From Dehalococcoidia bacterium (GTDB taxonomy: Bacteria; Chloroflexota; Dehalococcoidia; Dehalococcoidales; UBA2162): 64,000 nt of DNA. Shown here one piece after another: positions 56,382-64,000 of this stretch. A program made the translations under genes and the position numbers. The stretch lies in the NCBI GenBank assembly GCA_011191975.1, contig DUFA01000115.1, positions 3,765-67,764 of the forward strand. Direction: 5' to 3'. The notes beneath the pieces were generated by a model. That model ran no database searches. It was not told the DNA's origin and was given only the letters and a program-made list of their open reading frames with translations. Each line of letters begins with the position of its first letter. The stretch's first letter is position 1.

Positions 56382-56447
56382 GGGAACTGAATCTACTCCT
56401 CCAAAAAGGGGGAGGAGACATAGTGTAAAGCAAAGATGGAGGTAACA

Positions 56448-57389
56448 ATGAAGAAGAGACTCTGGCAAGTGGTGGTATTTGTGATTGTTCCGGTGTTGTC
56501 GACTGGTGTGTTTGCAGCATGTAATTCTTCTGAAACTGTAGAGGAAAAGGTAACTACTATTGAAGTTACTGACATGATTGGCAGAACGGTAACTCTCGAA
56601 GGTGTTCCAGAAAAAATTGTATCTCTCGCTCCCAGCAATACAGAAATCCTCTTTGCGTTGGGTCTCGGAGAAAAGATAGTTGGGGTAACAGAATTTTGCG
56701 ATTATCCCGAAGCCGCAAAAGAAAAACCGAAGGTTGCCGGATTTGCCGATGCAGATATCGAAAAAATACTTGCAGCAGAGCCAGATGTCATTTTTATAAC
56801 AAGTACCATGCATGTAGACGAAATTCTTCCTTCTCTGGAGAACTATGGAATGACCGTTGTGGTAGTTGATCCGAGAACTCTTGACGAAGTACTCGACTCC
56901 TATACCATAATCGGAAAAGTCACCGGCACCAGCGACAAGGCTGCCCAGATAGTAAACAGTATGTCAGCTCGGATGAAAAACATAACTGATAAAACAAAGG
57001 AGCTAACAGTAACCGAGAAACCTCGTGTTTTTTATGTAATGTGGCACGAACCACTAATGACGGTAGGTGGTGATACCAGAATACATGAATTGATAGAAAA
57101 AGCAGGTGGTACGAATCTGTTCGCAGATACTATAGGATATCCGACAATAGATCTTGAAACTCTGGTTGAGGCTGATCCTCAGGTTATCATAGCCGGAACG
57201 GGTATGGGAGAAGGTGCAGATGCGCCTTTTACTTTCGCTAAAACCGAATCTAGGCTGGAAGATTCAGAAGCACGAAAGAATAAAAGGATATATGAAATCA
57301 ATACAGATCTCGTTGGAAGACCTACTGAAAGGATGATAGATGGTCTCGAACAGATGGCCGAGATGATCCATCCCGAATTGTTTGAGTAA
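56448..57389 (+). CDS. ABC transporter substrate-binding lipoprotein (BtuF / siderophore-binding class)
   Basis: MKKRLWQVVVFVIVPVLSTGVFAAC lipobox. The ATG at 56448 follows GGAGG. It lies downstream of the B12 riboswitch. Confidence 0.8.
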   Translation: MKKRLWQVVVFVIVPVLSTGVFAACNSSETVEEKVTTIEVTDMIGRTVTLEGVPEKIVSLAPSNTEILFALGLGEKIVGVTEFCDYPEAAKEKPKVAGFADADIEKILAAEPDVIFITSTMHVDEILPSLENYGMTVVVVDPRTLDEVLDSYTIIGKVTGTSDKAAQIVNSMSARMKNITDKTKELTVTEKPRVFYVMWHEPLMTVGGDTRIHELIEKAGGTNLFADTIGYPTIDLETLVEADPQVIIAGTGMGEGADAPFTFAKTESRLEDSEARKNKRIYEINTDLVGRPTERMIDGLEQMAEMIHPELFE

Positions 57390-57422
57390 AGGATAAAGGT
57401 TGAGACACAGGGAATATGGATT

Positions 57423-58511
57423 ATGACGGTAAGTGAAGCCGCAAGTGTAATATCGGATCGAATAAAAACAATACGTCCCCATTGGCGGGGGAGAATATAC
57501 GCGATCATAGGACTTTGTATCGTTGTCATTGTAGTGGTGGCAATTGCCACCACTATTGGCAGTGTTAAGATTCCTATTCTCACAACTCTGCGTATCCTTG
57601 TTTCACAACTTCCGTTTATCGACTTTTCACCCGATTGGACAGGGAATACAGAAACTATTCTCCTGAATATCCGCCTACCAAGGATTGTACTGGCAGGGAT
57701 AATTGGCGCTGCCCTATCTGTAGCAGGTGCTACCTATCAGGGCCTGTTCCGTAATCCACTTGCAGATCCCTATCTAATCGGAGCGGCACAGGGAGCTGCC
57801 CTTGGTGCGGTAATAGGATTCCTCTTGCCTATAGAGTTCAGCATGATGGGATTTGGTTTAATACCATTACTGGCATTTTCCGGCGCTATTATCAGCGTAA
57901 CCGTAGTCTATATCTTGGCAAGGGTAGGTAAAACTGTACCGGTAACGACCCTGATACTCGCCGGTGTAGCTCTTGGAGCTTTATGGGGAGCAATATACTC
58001 TTACCTTGTTATCATCAGTGGTGACAAGATCCATCCGATAATATTCTGGGTAATGGGTAGCTTCTCTATGACGGATTGGTCAGAGGTAGGAATTGTTCTC
58101 CCTTATATCGCTGCTGGCATAATAGTAATTTTGTTATACAGTCGTTCTCTTAATGTGATGCAACTCGATGAAGAACAGGCAAAACAGCTTGGTATTAATG
58201 TCGAGAGAACCAAACTCATACTTCTTGCTGCTTCTACTCTTATTACTGCCGCTGCCGTTTCTTTCGTAGGAACAATTGGATTTGTAGGCATTATCATTCC
58301 CCATGCAGTCCGGCTTATCTGGGGGCCAGATCACCGTTTCCTTCTTCCGTTATCAATACTCACCGGGGCGATATTCCTGATACTTGCCGACCTTATTGCC
58401 CGGACTGTTATGGCTCCGACCGAGATACCTATAGGGATAATCACCGCTATCTGCGGTGTCCCATTCTTCCTTTACCTGTTGAGACGTCGAAAGGGAATTA
58501 TATATTTTTAG
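57423..58511 (+). CDS. FecCD-family ABC permease (BtuC-like)
   Basis: 362 aa, about ten TM segments, with typical FecCD sequence. Confidence 0.85.
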   Translation: MTVSEAASVISDRIKTIRPHWRGRIYAIIGLCIVVIVVVAIATTIGSVKIPILTTLRILVSQLPFIDFSPDWTGNTETILLNIRLPRIVLAGIIGAALSVAGATYQGLFRNPLADPYLIGAAQGAALGAVIGFLLPIEFSMMGFGLIPLLAFSGAIISVTVVYILARVGKTVPVTTLILAGVALGALWGAIYSYLVIISGDKIHPIIFWVMGSFSMTDWSEVGIVLPYIAAGIIVILLYSRSLNVMQLDEEQAKQLGINVERTKLILLAASTLITAAAVSFVGTIGFVGIIIPHAVRLIWGPDHRFLLPLSILTGAIFLILADLIARTVMAPTEIPIGIITAICGVPFFLYLLRRRKGIIYF

Positions 58512-58520
58512 ATTAATAGT

Positions 58521-59342
58521 ATGGCAAAACTCGAAGTAAAAGACCTGACATTGGCATACGGTAAAACAACCGTTATCGATGCTATGTCCTTTAGGGTAAA
58601 TAAGGGTGGAATGCTGGGACTTATCGGACCGAATGGTTCGGGAAAATCTACACTCATAAAAGCTATCAGCCACGTTATTACACCTCGTTCAGGTCGTGTG
58701 ATCCTCGATGGTAAAGATATTTCCGGAATACAACGTTCCAAGTTAGCCCGTCTCTTGGCAGTTGTACCTCAGACGCCTATTCTACCCAGTTCGTTTTCTG
58801 CTTTTGAGATAGTCCTCATGGGAAGAAACCCTCATCTCGGACTACTCAGGTATGAAAGTGAAAATGATATGGAAATAACCTACGGAGCAATGGAAAGGAC
58901 CGCTACTCTTCCTTTCGCCGAGCGCAGGATCGGTGAACTGTCCGGTGGCGAGATTCAAAGAACCGTTATCGCCCGAGCCCTGGCGCAGCAGACGGAAGTA
59001 ATTTTACTCGATGAGCCGACAGCAAACCTTGATATAAACCACCAGCTTGAGATTCTGGACCTGATAAAAAGTTTATGTACCCAGAACCACCTTACGGTGA
59101 TAATCACGCTCCATGACTTAAATCTGGCTGCTCAGTACTGTGATAGACTGGTGTTGATAAAGAACGGAAAACTCCACGCTCAGGGAACACCTGAACAAGT
59201 AATTACTACTGACAATATCAGGGAAGTCTACGGCACTGATAATTGCGTCTATATTCACCCGATAAACGGTCGCCCGACAGTCCTCTTACAAGCAGGTGCC
59301 AGCCGCAATGGGCTCGTTAATGGTAATAATAAGTCAGAATAG
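58521..59342 (+). CDS. ABC transporter ATP-binding protein (BtuD/FepC-like)
   Basis: GPNGSGKST, LSGGEIQR and ILLDEPT motifs. Confidence 0.9.
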   Translation: MAKLEVKDLTLAYGKTTVIDAMSFRVNKGGMLGLIGPNGSGKSTLIKAISHVITPRSGRVILDGKDISGIQRSKLARLLAVVPQTPILPSSFSAFEIVLMGRNPHLGLLRYESENDMEITYGAMERTATLPFAERRIGELSGGEIQRTVIARALAQQTEVILLDEPTANLDINHQLEILDLIKSLCTQNHLTVIITLHDLNLAAQYCDRLVLIKNGKLHAQGTPEQVITTDNIREVYGTDNCVYIHPINGRPTVLLQAGASRNGLVNGNNKSE

Positions 59343-59371
59343 AGTACATCCGGTAACCTGATATCTCTTGT

Positions 59372-60466
59372 CTACACGTTGAACAGGAATGTTATCACGT
59401 CGCCATCACGGACAGGATAAGTCTTTCCTTCTAAACGTAATACGCCGTGCTTTTTTGCTTCTGAAAACCCCCCGCATTTTACCAGGTCTTCAAACGGTGT
59501 AACTTCTGCCCTGATAAAACCTTTCTCCATATCGGAGTGAACCTTACCTGCTGCCTTCTGGGCTTCTGTTCCATCGATAACAGACCAGGCTCTCAATTCA
59601 TTCGAATTTGCCGTGAAGAATGATATCAGTCCCAGCAAGTCATAAGAGAGTTTGAGTATTTCGTCTATGCTGGATTCGCTTAGTCCGTATTCATCGCGGA
59701 ATTCTTCAGCAGCTTCTTCGTCTAGCTGGGTCAACTCCATCTCAAGTTCTCCGCAGATAGCGGTTACCGCGCGTTTTTCTCCTTTAAACCTTGTGTTCCA
59801 TTCGTTGATCAACTTATTAACTTCAGGCAGCTGTTCTTCACCGATGTTTATAACGATCACCAGCGGTTTAGCGGATAATAACTGGTAACCCGATAACATT
59901 CTTTGTACTTCGTCGGCTAGATTCATTTCCCTGACAGGGATATCTTTCTCCAGGTCAATTTTAATCCTCTCGATTACTTCCTGTTCCCGGACAATTCCTA
60001 CCTTCTCTGCCTGTTTGGCTGCCTTGAGTGAGTCTTCCAGCTTGGAAAGTCGTCTCTCGAGTATAATCAAGTCTGAAAAAACAATCTCCAGGTTCATATT
60101 AGCAATATCGCGTTCCACGTCCAGGCTACCTTCAATGTGAGGAACGGCATCGTTCTTAAATGCCCTGACAACGTTTATGAGTGCATCCACCTGGCTGAGC
60201 TCGTTAAGGAATTTTCCCCCGATCCCTTTATCTTGGGCAATATTTTTCAGGGACGCACCGATGTCAATGTAGGTAACCGATGGGTATGTTACTTTACCGG
60301 GATGGAATATACCGGCAAGTACCTCCAGGCGTGGTTCAGGGACGAAAGCCGTACCAATGTGAGCGGAAGTACCTGCAGTTGCATGACCACTGCTGCCACC
60401 TCCCGTAAGTGCATTAAAAACGGTGGTTCTCCCGCTTGCGGGAAGACCGATAATACCTATCTCCAT
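59372..60466 (-). CDS. ychF: Redox-regulated ATPase YchF
   Basis: 364 aa with an Obg-like G domain plus a TGS-like C-terminus (...LRLEGKTYPVRDGDVITFLFNV). Confidence 0.9.
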   Translation of the reverse strand: MEIGIIGLPASGRTTVFNALTGGGSSGHATAGTSAHIGTAFVPEPRLEVLAGIFHPGKVTYPSVTYIDIGASLKNIAQDKGIGGKFLNELSQVDALINVVRAFKNDAVPHIEGSLDVERDIANMNLEIVFSDLIILERRLSKLEDSLKAAKQAEKVGIVREQEVIERIKIDLEKDIPVREMNLADEVQRMLSGYQLLSAKPLVIVINIGEEQLPEVNKLINEWNTRFKGEKRAVTAICGELEMELTQLDEEAAEEFRDEYGLSESSIDEILKLSYDLLGLISFFTANSNELRAWSVIDGTEAQKAAGKVHSDMEKGFIRAEVTPFEDLVKCGGFSEAKKHGVLRLEGKTYPVRDGDVITFLFNV

Positions 60467-60511
60467 TTGTAAGAACCCACTATTTGAGGTATACCGGATC
60501 GCCGGATTTAC

Positions 60512-60736
60512 TTAAAATCCGGCTTTTATTAGATTGCTGGCCAGTTTGATTATTAATTCTCGTTCTTTCTTTGAAAGCTGATCGTTGCCGGCCATATCAA
60601 GAAGGGCAAGCAGAGCATCATGTGTGCCTATCCTGCCAATCGATTCAACTGCGTCTGTTCGTAATTTCACAGGAAAATTCAGATTAGTTGCAGCTGTTAC
60701 CAGGTCTCTAAGTTCTTCAGAACGTTCATCGTTCAC
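60512..60736 (-). CDS. Small HEAT-repeat-like protein
   Basis: 74 aa with the VKLRTDAVESIGRIGTHDALLALLDM pattern. GTG start after GGGAGGTGA. Confidence 0.45.
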   Translation of the reverse strand: MNDERSEELRDLVTAATNLNFPVKLRTDAVESIGRIGTHDALLALLDMAGNDQLSKKERELIIKLASNLIKAGF

Positions 60737-60918
60737 TCTTTCACCTCCCGAGATTTATACATGTTTCCCAAAGGTGCTTTTCAGTATTGTACACTCTATG
60801 TCAGTATTCTTCAATCTGGAATTTTTCACAATTTGTGAACAGCCTTCTCCGATCAATATTCTCAATTTGTACGGATTTATCAACGATGGCTTGATAACCT
60901 CCAATACTCATTATCCAG

Positions 60919-61950
60919 CTAATAACGTCTCGGTTGCTTGGGATAAGGCTGGAACGGTGAGAGAGGTTCAAGGCTGATCCAGCCCGTATCGCTGTCTATT
61001 GATGATAACGATCGAAGTAAATCGAAGGATAACCACCTTGATACCTCAGGATATGCCGGGTAGTCCCACAGTCCGTATTCATCCGATTGTTCTCTAACAA
61101 ACTTAACCATACTCGCTACGCGCTCATCTTCCAGACTCGCACCGATTCTCCAGCAAAGATCAAGTACAAAAGCAATATCGTATCTGGCAAAATAAGTGAA
61201 GAAACCTCTGTCTTTCTCAACTCCGACGATCTTCGCTATTTCGTGCCCGAGATTTGAAGCCTGTAAAGTATCCTGGGCCAGTAATAAATCGAGTCCTCTT
61301 CGACATTCTATTGACATACTCCGTTGAGGATGAAGGGCAAGAGCACTGACCGCAAATGAAGTGTTGGTTCGGCAGCCATATTTGGTATGAGGTAACCGAC
61401 GATATCCCGCAGGAAATACATACTGGTCATCTTTAACGCCCGAAGGCCAGCCGCCATCTGGTAAACTTTTTTGCAGCAGCCATTCGTATGCTTTTTCCAC
61501 CCTGGAATCAGTCGCATAACCGGCAGCAGCCAGTCCCCGGAGAGGTATACCGGTTTGAAGAGGGATCATCATGTATGTGTCTCCCATTTCATCTTCAGTT
61601 TTGGTTTTCGGGATAGGCCATGAACCGTCCTCCATTTGGTGTGAGAAAAGATATTCCACGCCTTTCCTTATCGCGGGGTATTCGGAGCTGAAACCCAGGT
61701 AGCCCAGTCTGAGTAATGACTGGGAAGTAGTCTTGATGTTGAACCACCCGTCATGACTACCGTCTTTTAAGTGAAACGAACCGTCGGCGTTCTGGAGTGA
61801 AAGCAAATCGATTACAATAGGATCCTGTTCACGAATTTCCTCCAGTTCACGAACTTCTTCATCGTCAGGAGGGCGATGTAAAAGTTCTCGAAGAACTAAC
61901 AACCGCAGGTTCGGAGAAGGATCAGTCAACAGAAGTGATGCCCAGGTCAT
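60919..61950 (-). CDS. Prenyltransferase/squalene-oxidase-repeat-like (alpha/alpha toroid) protein
   Basis: Repeated DGSF, DGSW and DGGW motifs spaced about 50 aa apart; 343 aa. A 1-nt gap separates it from the uvrA-like gene. Confidence 0.6.
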   Translation of the reverse strand: MTWASLLLTDPSPNLRLLVLRELLHRPPDDEEVRELEEIREQDPIVIDLLSLQNADGSFHLKDGSHDGWFNIKTTSQSLLRLGYLGFSSEYPAIRKGVEYLFSHQMEDGSWPIPKTKTEDEMGDTYMMIPLQTGIPLRGLAAAGYATDSRVEKAYEWLLQKSLPDGGWPSGVKDDQYVFPAGYRRLPHTKYGCRTNTSFAVSALALHPQRSMSIECRRGLDLLLAQDTLQASNLGHEIAKIVGVEKDRGFFTYFARYDIAFVLDLCWRIGASLEDERVASMVKFVREQSDEYGLWDYPAYPEVSRWLSFDLLRSLSSIDSDTGWISLEPLSPFQPYPKQPRRY

Positions 61951-61951
61951 G

Positions 61952-64000
61952 TTATTTTTTCAGAACCTCCTGTAAATACTGTGAAGTGGGAGTATTCAGT
62001 AAAGTAACTTCTTCAGGAGTACCGGAGGCGATTATATTTCCGCCGTTCACTCCTCCTTCTGGTCCCAGTTCTATTAACCAATCACAACTGGCAAGCACAT
62101 GCAGATGATGCTCGATAATGATTACACTGTTCCCTTCCTTCACGAGTCGTTTGAGTACCTGTATCAGCCTGATCACATCCTCCATGTGCTGACCAACCGT
62201 GGGCTCGTCAAGTATATAAAGCGTTGTAACGGGAGTTTTTCGACAAAGTTCTTTGACGATTCTCAGACGCTGAGCTTCTCCCCCTGAGAGTGTATAAGCA
62301 GGCTGACGCCATACAAGGTATCCCAGACCTACTTCCCTGGCCACCTCCAGTGGTCGGGCTATTCTCCTCTCTTCAGAAAACAACTCATAGGCTTCTTCAA
62401 TCGTCAGACTATTTACTTCCGGCAAGGATACGCCCCTGTAATGTATTTCCCATGCTTCAGGGAGAAATCCTGTTCCTCTACATATTTCGCATTCTTCGAA
62501 CAGGTCCGGAAGAAAACCCATGTCCATGCGGATTATTCCCCTTCCTCCGCACGCAGAACACGGAGTGCTTAACTGTTTTTCGCCCAGGCCCAACGCTGCT
62601 GCATCCTGAGTTGAAGCAAACAGTTTTAACAGAGGATTCGTCAGCCCAAGAAAAACTGCGGGACTGCGGATACCCTCCCGGGTTTGATCAACAATAAAGG
62701 TCCTTTCAGGGATTCCTTCAATCGAATCATGTTTGCCAGGTTCAACCGGTTCCCGGGCGAAGGATGAAGTGTGTGTTTTTTGTACCAGTGCCCGGCCCAG
62801 TGTGTCTATCAGTAATGTGCTTTTACCTGAGCCTGAGACACCACAGATTCCAACCATCTTCCGAAGTGGTATCTCTACATCGATGTTGTGTAAATTATTC
62901 TCATGGGCACCTGTTATGGTTAATCTTTTATTCTTGTCGCTGTCTGCATTTCCTTCATGTTTTTCGATCTTTTCTGTTCCTCGCAACCATTTTCCGGTTA
63001 TCGTGTCTGCGCTGGCAATTTCCTCCGGTGTTCCCGATGCGACCACCTCACCTCCCGTGACACCGGCTCCCGGGCCCATGTCTATGATATGATCTGCAGC
63101 CCTGATTATTTGTAAATCATGTTCGATTACTATCACTGTATTACCTGTTTCACGTAGTGCCAATAGTGCTTCGGTTAGTGCTTCAAGTTCCTGGGGATGC
63201 ATACCTCGGGACGGTTCATCGAGTAGTATTGTCAGGGACGTCAGGCCGCTGCCGAGTAAACCGGCTAGCTGAATACGCTGAGCTTCTCCGGCAGATAATG
63301 TACCCGATGGCCGGTTCAAATTGAGATATCCCAGCCCGACTTTATTTAAATAGCGTAAACGACGCTGTGCGGTCTCGTACGCTGTTCGTACAGCGGACTC
63401 AACCTGTGAAGGAAGAATCAGAGAACTCAGTTCTTGTTCCAGTCCGTCAAGCGCCATCTCACTTAACTCATGGATATTGTAACCTCCCAGCGTGAATGCG
63501 AGGTATTCGGGGCGCAGTCCCGCACCATGGCAGCTTGGGCAGGGAACTTTTTCGGTATATGTTCCGTGAATATCCCAGTCGCGTACCCATCCACCATAAA
63601 AGCCTTCCCACGCGTTAGTCCTTGTTTTTGTTTCACCGGTACTTTTACTCTGGTATGTTACCGTTATGGGATCGTCATCGCCGTGTAAAAATGCCTGTTG
63701 CCCCTCTTCGGATATCTCATTCCACGGTGTTGAGAAAGCGTCGAACCCGTAACGATCTCCAAGCGCTGGAATTACAGGCTGATCCTGGCAGAGGTAAGTC
63801 TGAGGCCAGTAGCCGGGAGAGTTCATTGCTCCACCACAGAGAGGTTTTGTCGGATCGATTATCAGTTTTTCGGGTTTCGGAAGCAGTGATGATCCTACGC
63901 CGGTACATTCTTTGCACACACTCGAATAATTGTCGGTGCTAAAGTGACGAGGTTGGGCGACAGGAAGCGTTGTATGACAATCAGAACAATACCATACTTC
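61952..64000 (-). CDS. UvrA-like ABC ATPase, divergent (N-terminus beyond right edge)
   Basis: Two ABC modules (GVSGSGKST; signatures LSAGEAQR and LSGGEAQR) and zinc modules CKEC, CPSCHG and CSAC..CEIC. The frame stays open from 63919 to 64000, reading EVWYCSDCHTTLPVAQPRHFSTDNYSSVCKEC. Confidence 0.85.
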   Translation of the reverse strand, partial: EVWYCSDCHTTLPVAQPRHFSTDNYSSVCKECTGVGSSLLPKPEKLIIDPTKPLCGGAMNSPGYWPQTYLCQDQPVIPALGDRYGFDAFSTPWNEISEEGQQAFLHGDDDPITVTYQSKSTGETKTRTNAWEGFYGGWVRDWDIHGTYTEKVPCPSCHGAGLRPEYLAFTLGGYNIHELSEMALDGLEQELSSLILPSQVESAVRTAYETAQRRLRYLNKVGLGYLNLNRPSGTLSAGEAQRIQLAGLLGSGLTSLTILLDEPSRGMHPQELEALTEALLALRETGNTVIVIEHDLQIIRAADHIIDMGPGAGVTGGEVVASGTPEEIASADTITGKWLRGTEKIEKHEGNADSDKNKRLTITGAHENNLHNIDVEIPLRKMVGICGVSGSGKSTLLIDTLGRALVQKTHTSSFAREPVEPGKHDSIEGIPERTFIVDQTREGIRSPAVFLGLTNPLLKLFASTQDAAALGLGEKQLSTPCSACGGRGIIRMDMGFLPDLFEECEICRGTGFLPEAWEIHYRGVSLPEVNSLTIEEAYELFSEERRIARPLEVAREVGLGYLVWRQPAYTLSGGEAQRLRIVKELCRKTPVTTLYILDEPTVGQHMEDVIRLIQVLKRLVKEGNSVIIIEHHLHVLASCDWLIELGPEGGVNGGNIIASGTPEEVTLLNTPTSQYLQEVLKK

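Noticed and set aside
56211-56813. 200-aa minus-strand ORF.
   Set aside because: It is antisense to the cobalamin riboswitch and the btuF-like gene and has Cys/Phe/Arg-rich junk composition, so I treat it as a shadow ORF.
1-64000. CRISPR arrays, rRNA operons, IS elements, toxin-antitoxin pairs, recognisable defence systems and biosynthetic gene clusters.
   Set aside because: None was seen on reading both strands. Apart from the islet at 47.4-50.3 kb, the window is ordinary core-genome sequence.

Overview
This is a densely coding 64-kb bacterial chromosomal segment with about 70 protein genes. GC looks like the mid-40s % by eye; I did not compute it. All calls rest on hand reading, motif memory and the supplied ORF track; no search was run.

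Gene content is mainly core metabolism:
- Amino acid and cofactor genes: lysine (dapL-like, dapF), thrC, folE, and NAD salvage (pncA-like plus a nicotinate phosphoribosyltransferase).
- A PyrR-controlled pyrimidine operon (pyrR-pyrB-pyrC-pyrK), plus purM.
- gatC and gatA.
- A fur-feoA-feoB operon, ispH and plsC.
- The cluster yceD-rpmF-fabK-fabD-fabG-nusB-acpP.
- A tungsten-type aldehyde:ferredoxin oxidoreductase, several SDR / crotonase / acyl-CoA dehydrogenase / CoA-transferase genes, and a B12-riboswitch-controlled btuFCD-like importer.
- hflX, ychF and a divergent uvrA-like gene that runs off the right edge.

RNA and regulatory elements I can support are tRNA-His(GTG), tRNA-Arg(TCG), a cobalamin riboswitch, a PyrR attenuator, a 19-bp Fur box, several sigma70-like promoters and several intrinsic terminators. 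I recognised no rRNA, CRISPR array, transposase, integrase or prophage genes.

The gene content suggests an anaerobe, possibly Chloroflexota-like. This rests on the DapL route, FabK, AOR, Feo, desulforedoxin-like peptides and B12 scavenging, and it is inference only.

I did not find a convincing novel multi-gene system. The observations not explained by routine annotation are:
1. Two tandem desulforedoxin-like mini-genes with their own promoter and terminator, missed by the ORF track.
2. A PyrB fused to only the zinc domain of PyrI, followed by an unknown tail.
3. gatA lacking any canonical start codon, and separated from gatC by a transporter gene.
4. An orphan structured RNA candidate with a consensus promoter and a strong terminator.
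5. An AT-rich islet between the two tRNA genes. It holds an HNH-nuclease cassette flanked by a 27/30 direct repeat and is followed by a decayed hypF remnant.
6. A divergent UvrA paralogue tightly coupled to an alpha/alpha-toroid (prenyltransferase-repeat-like) protein.
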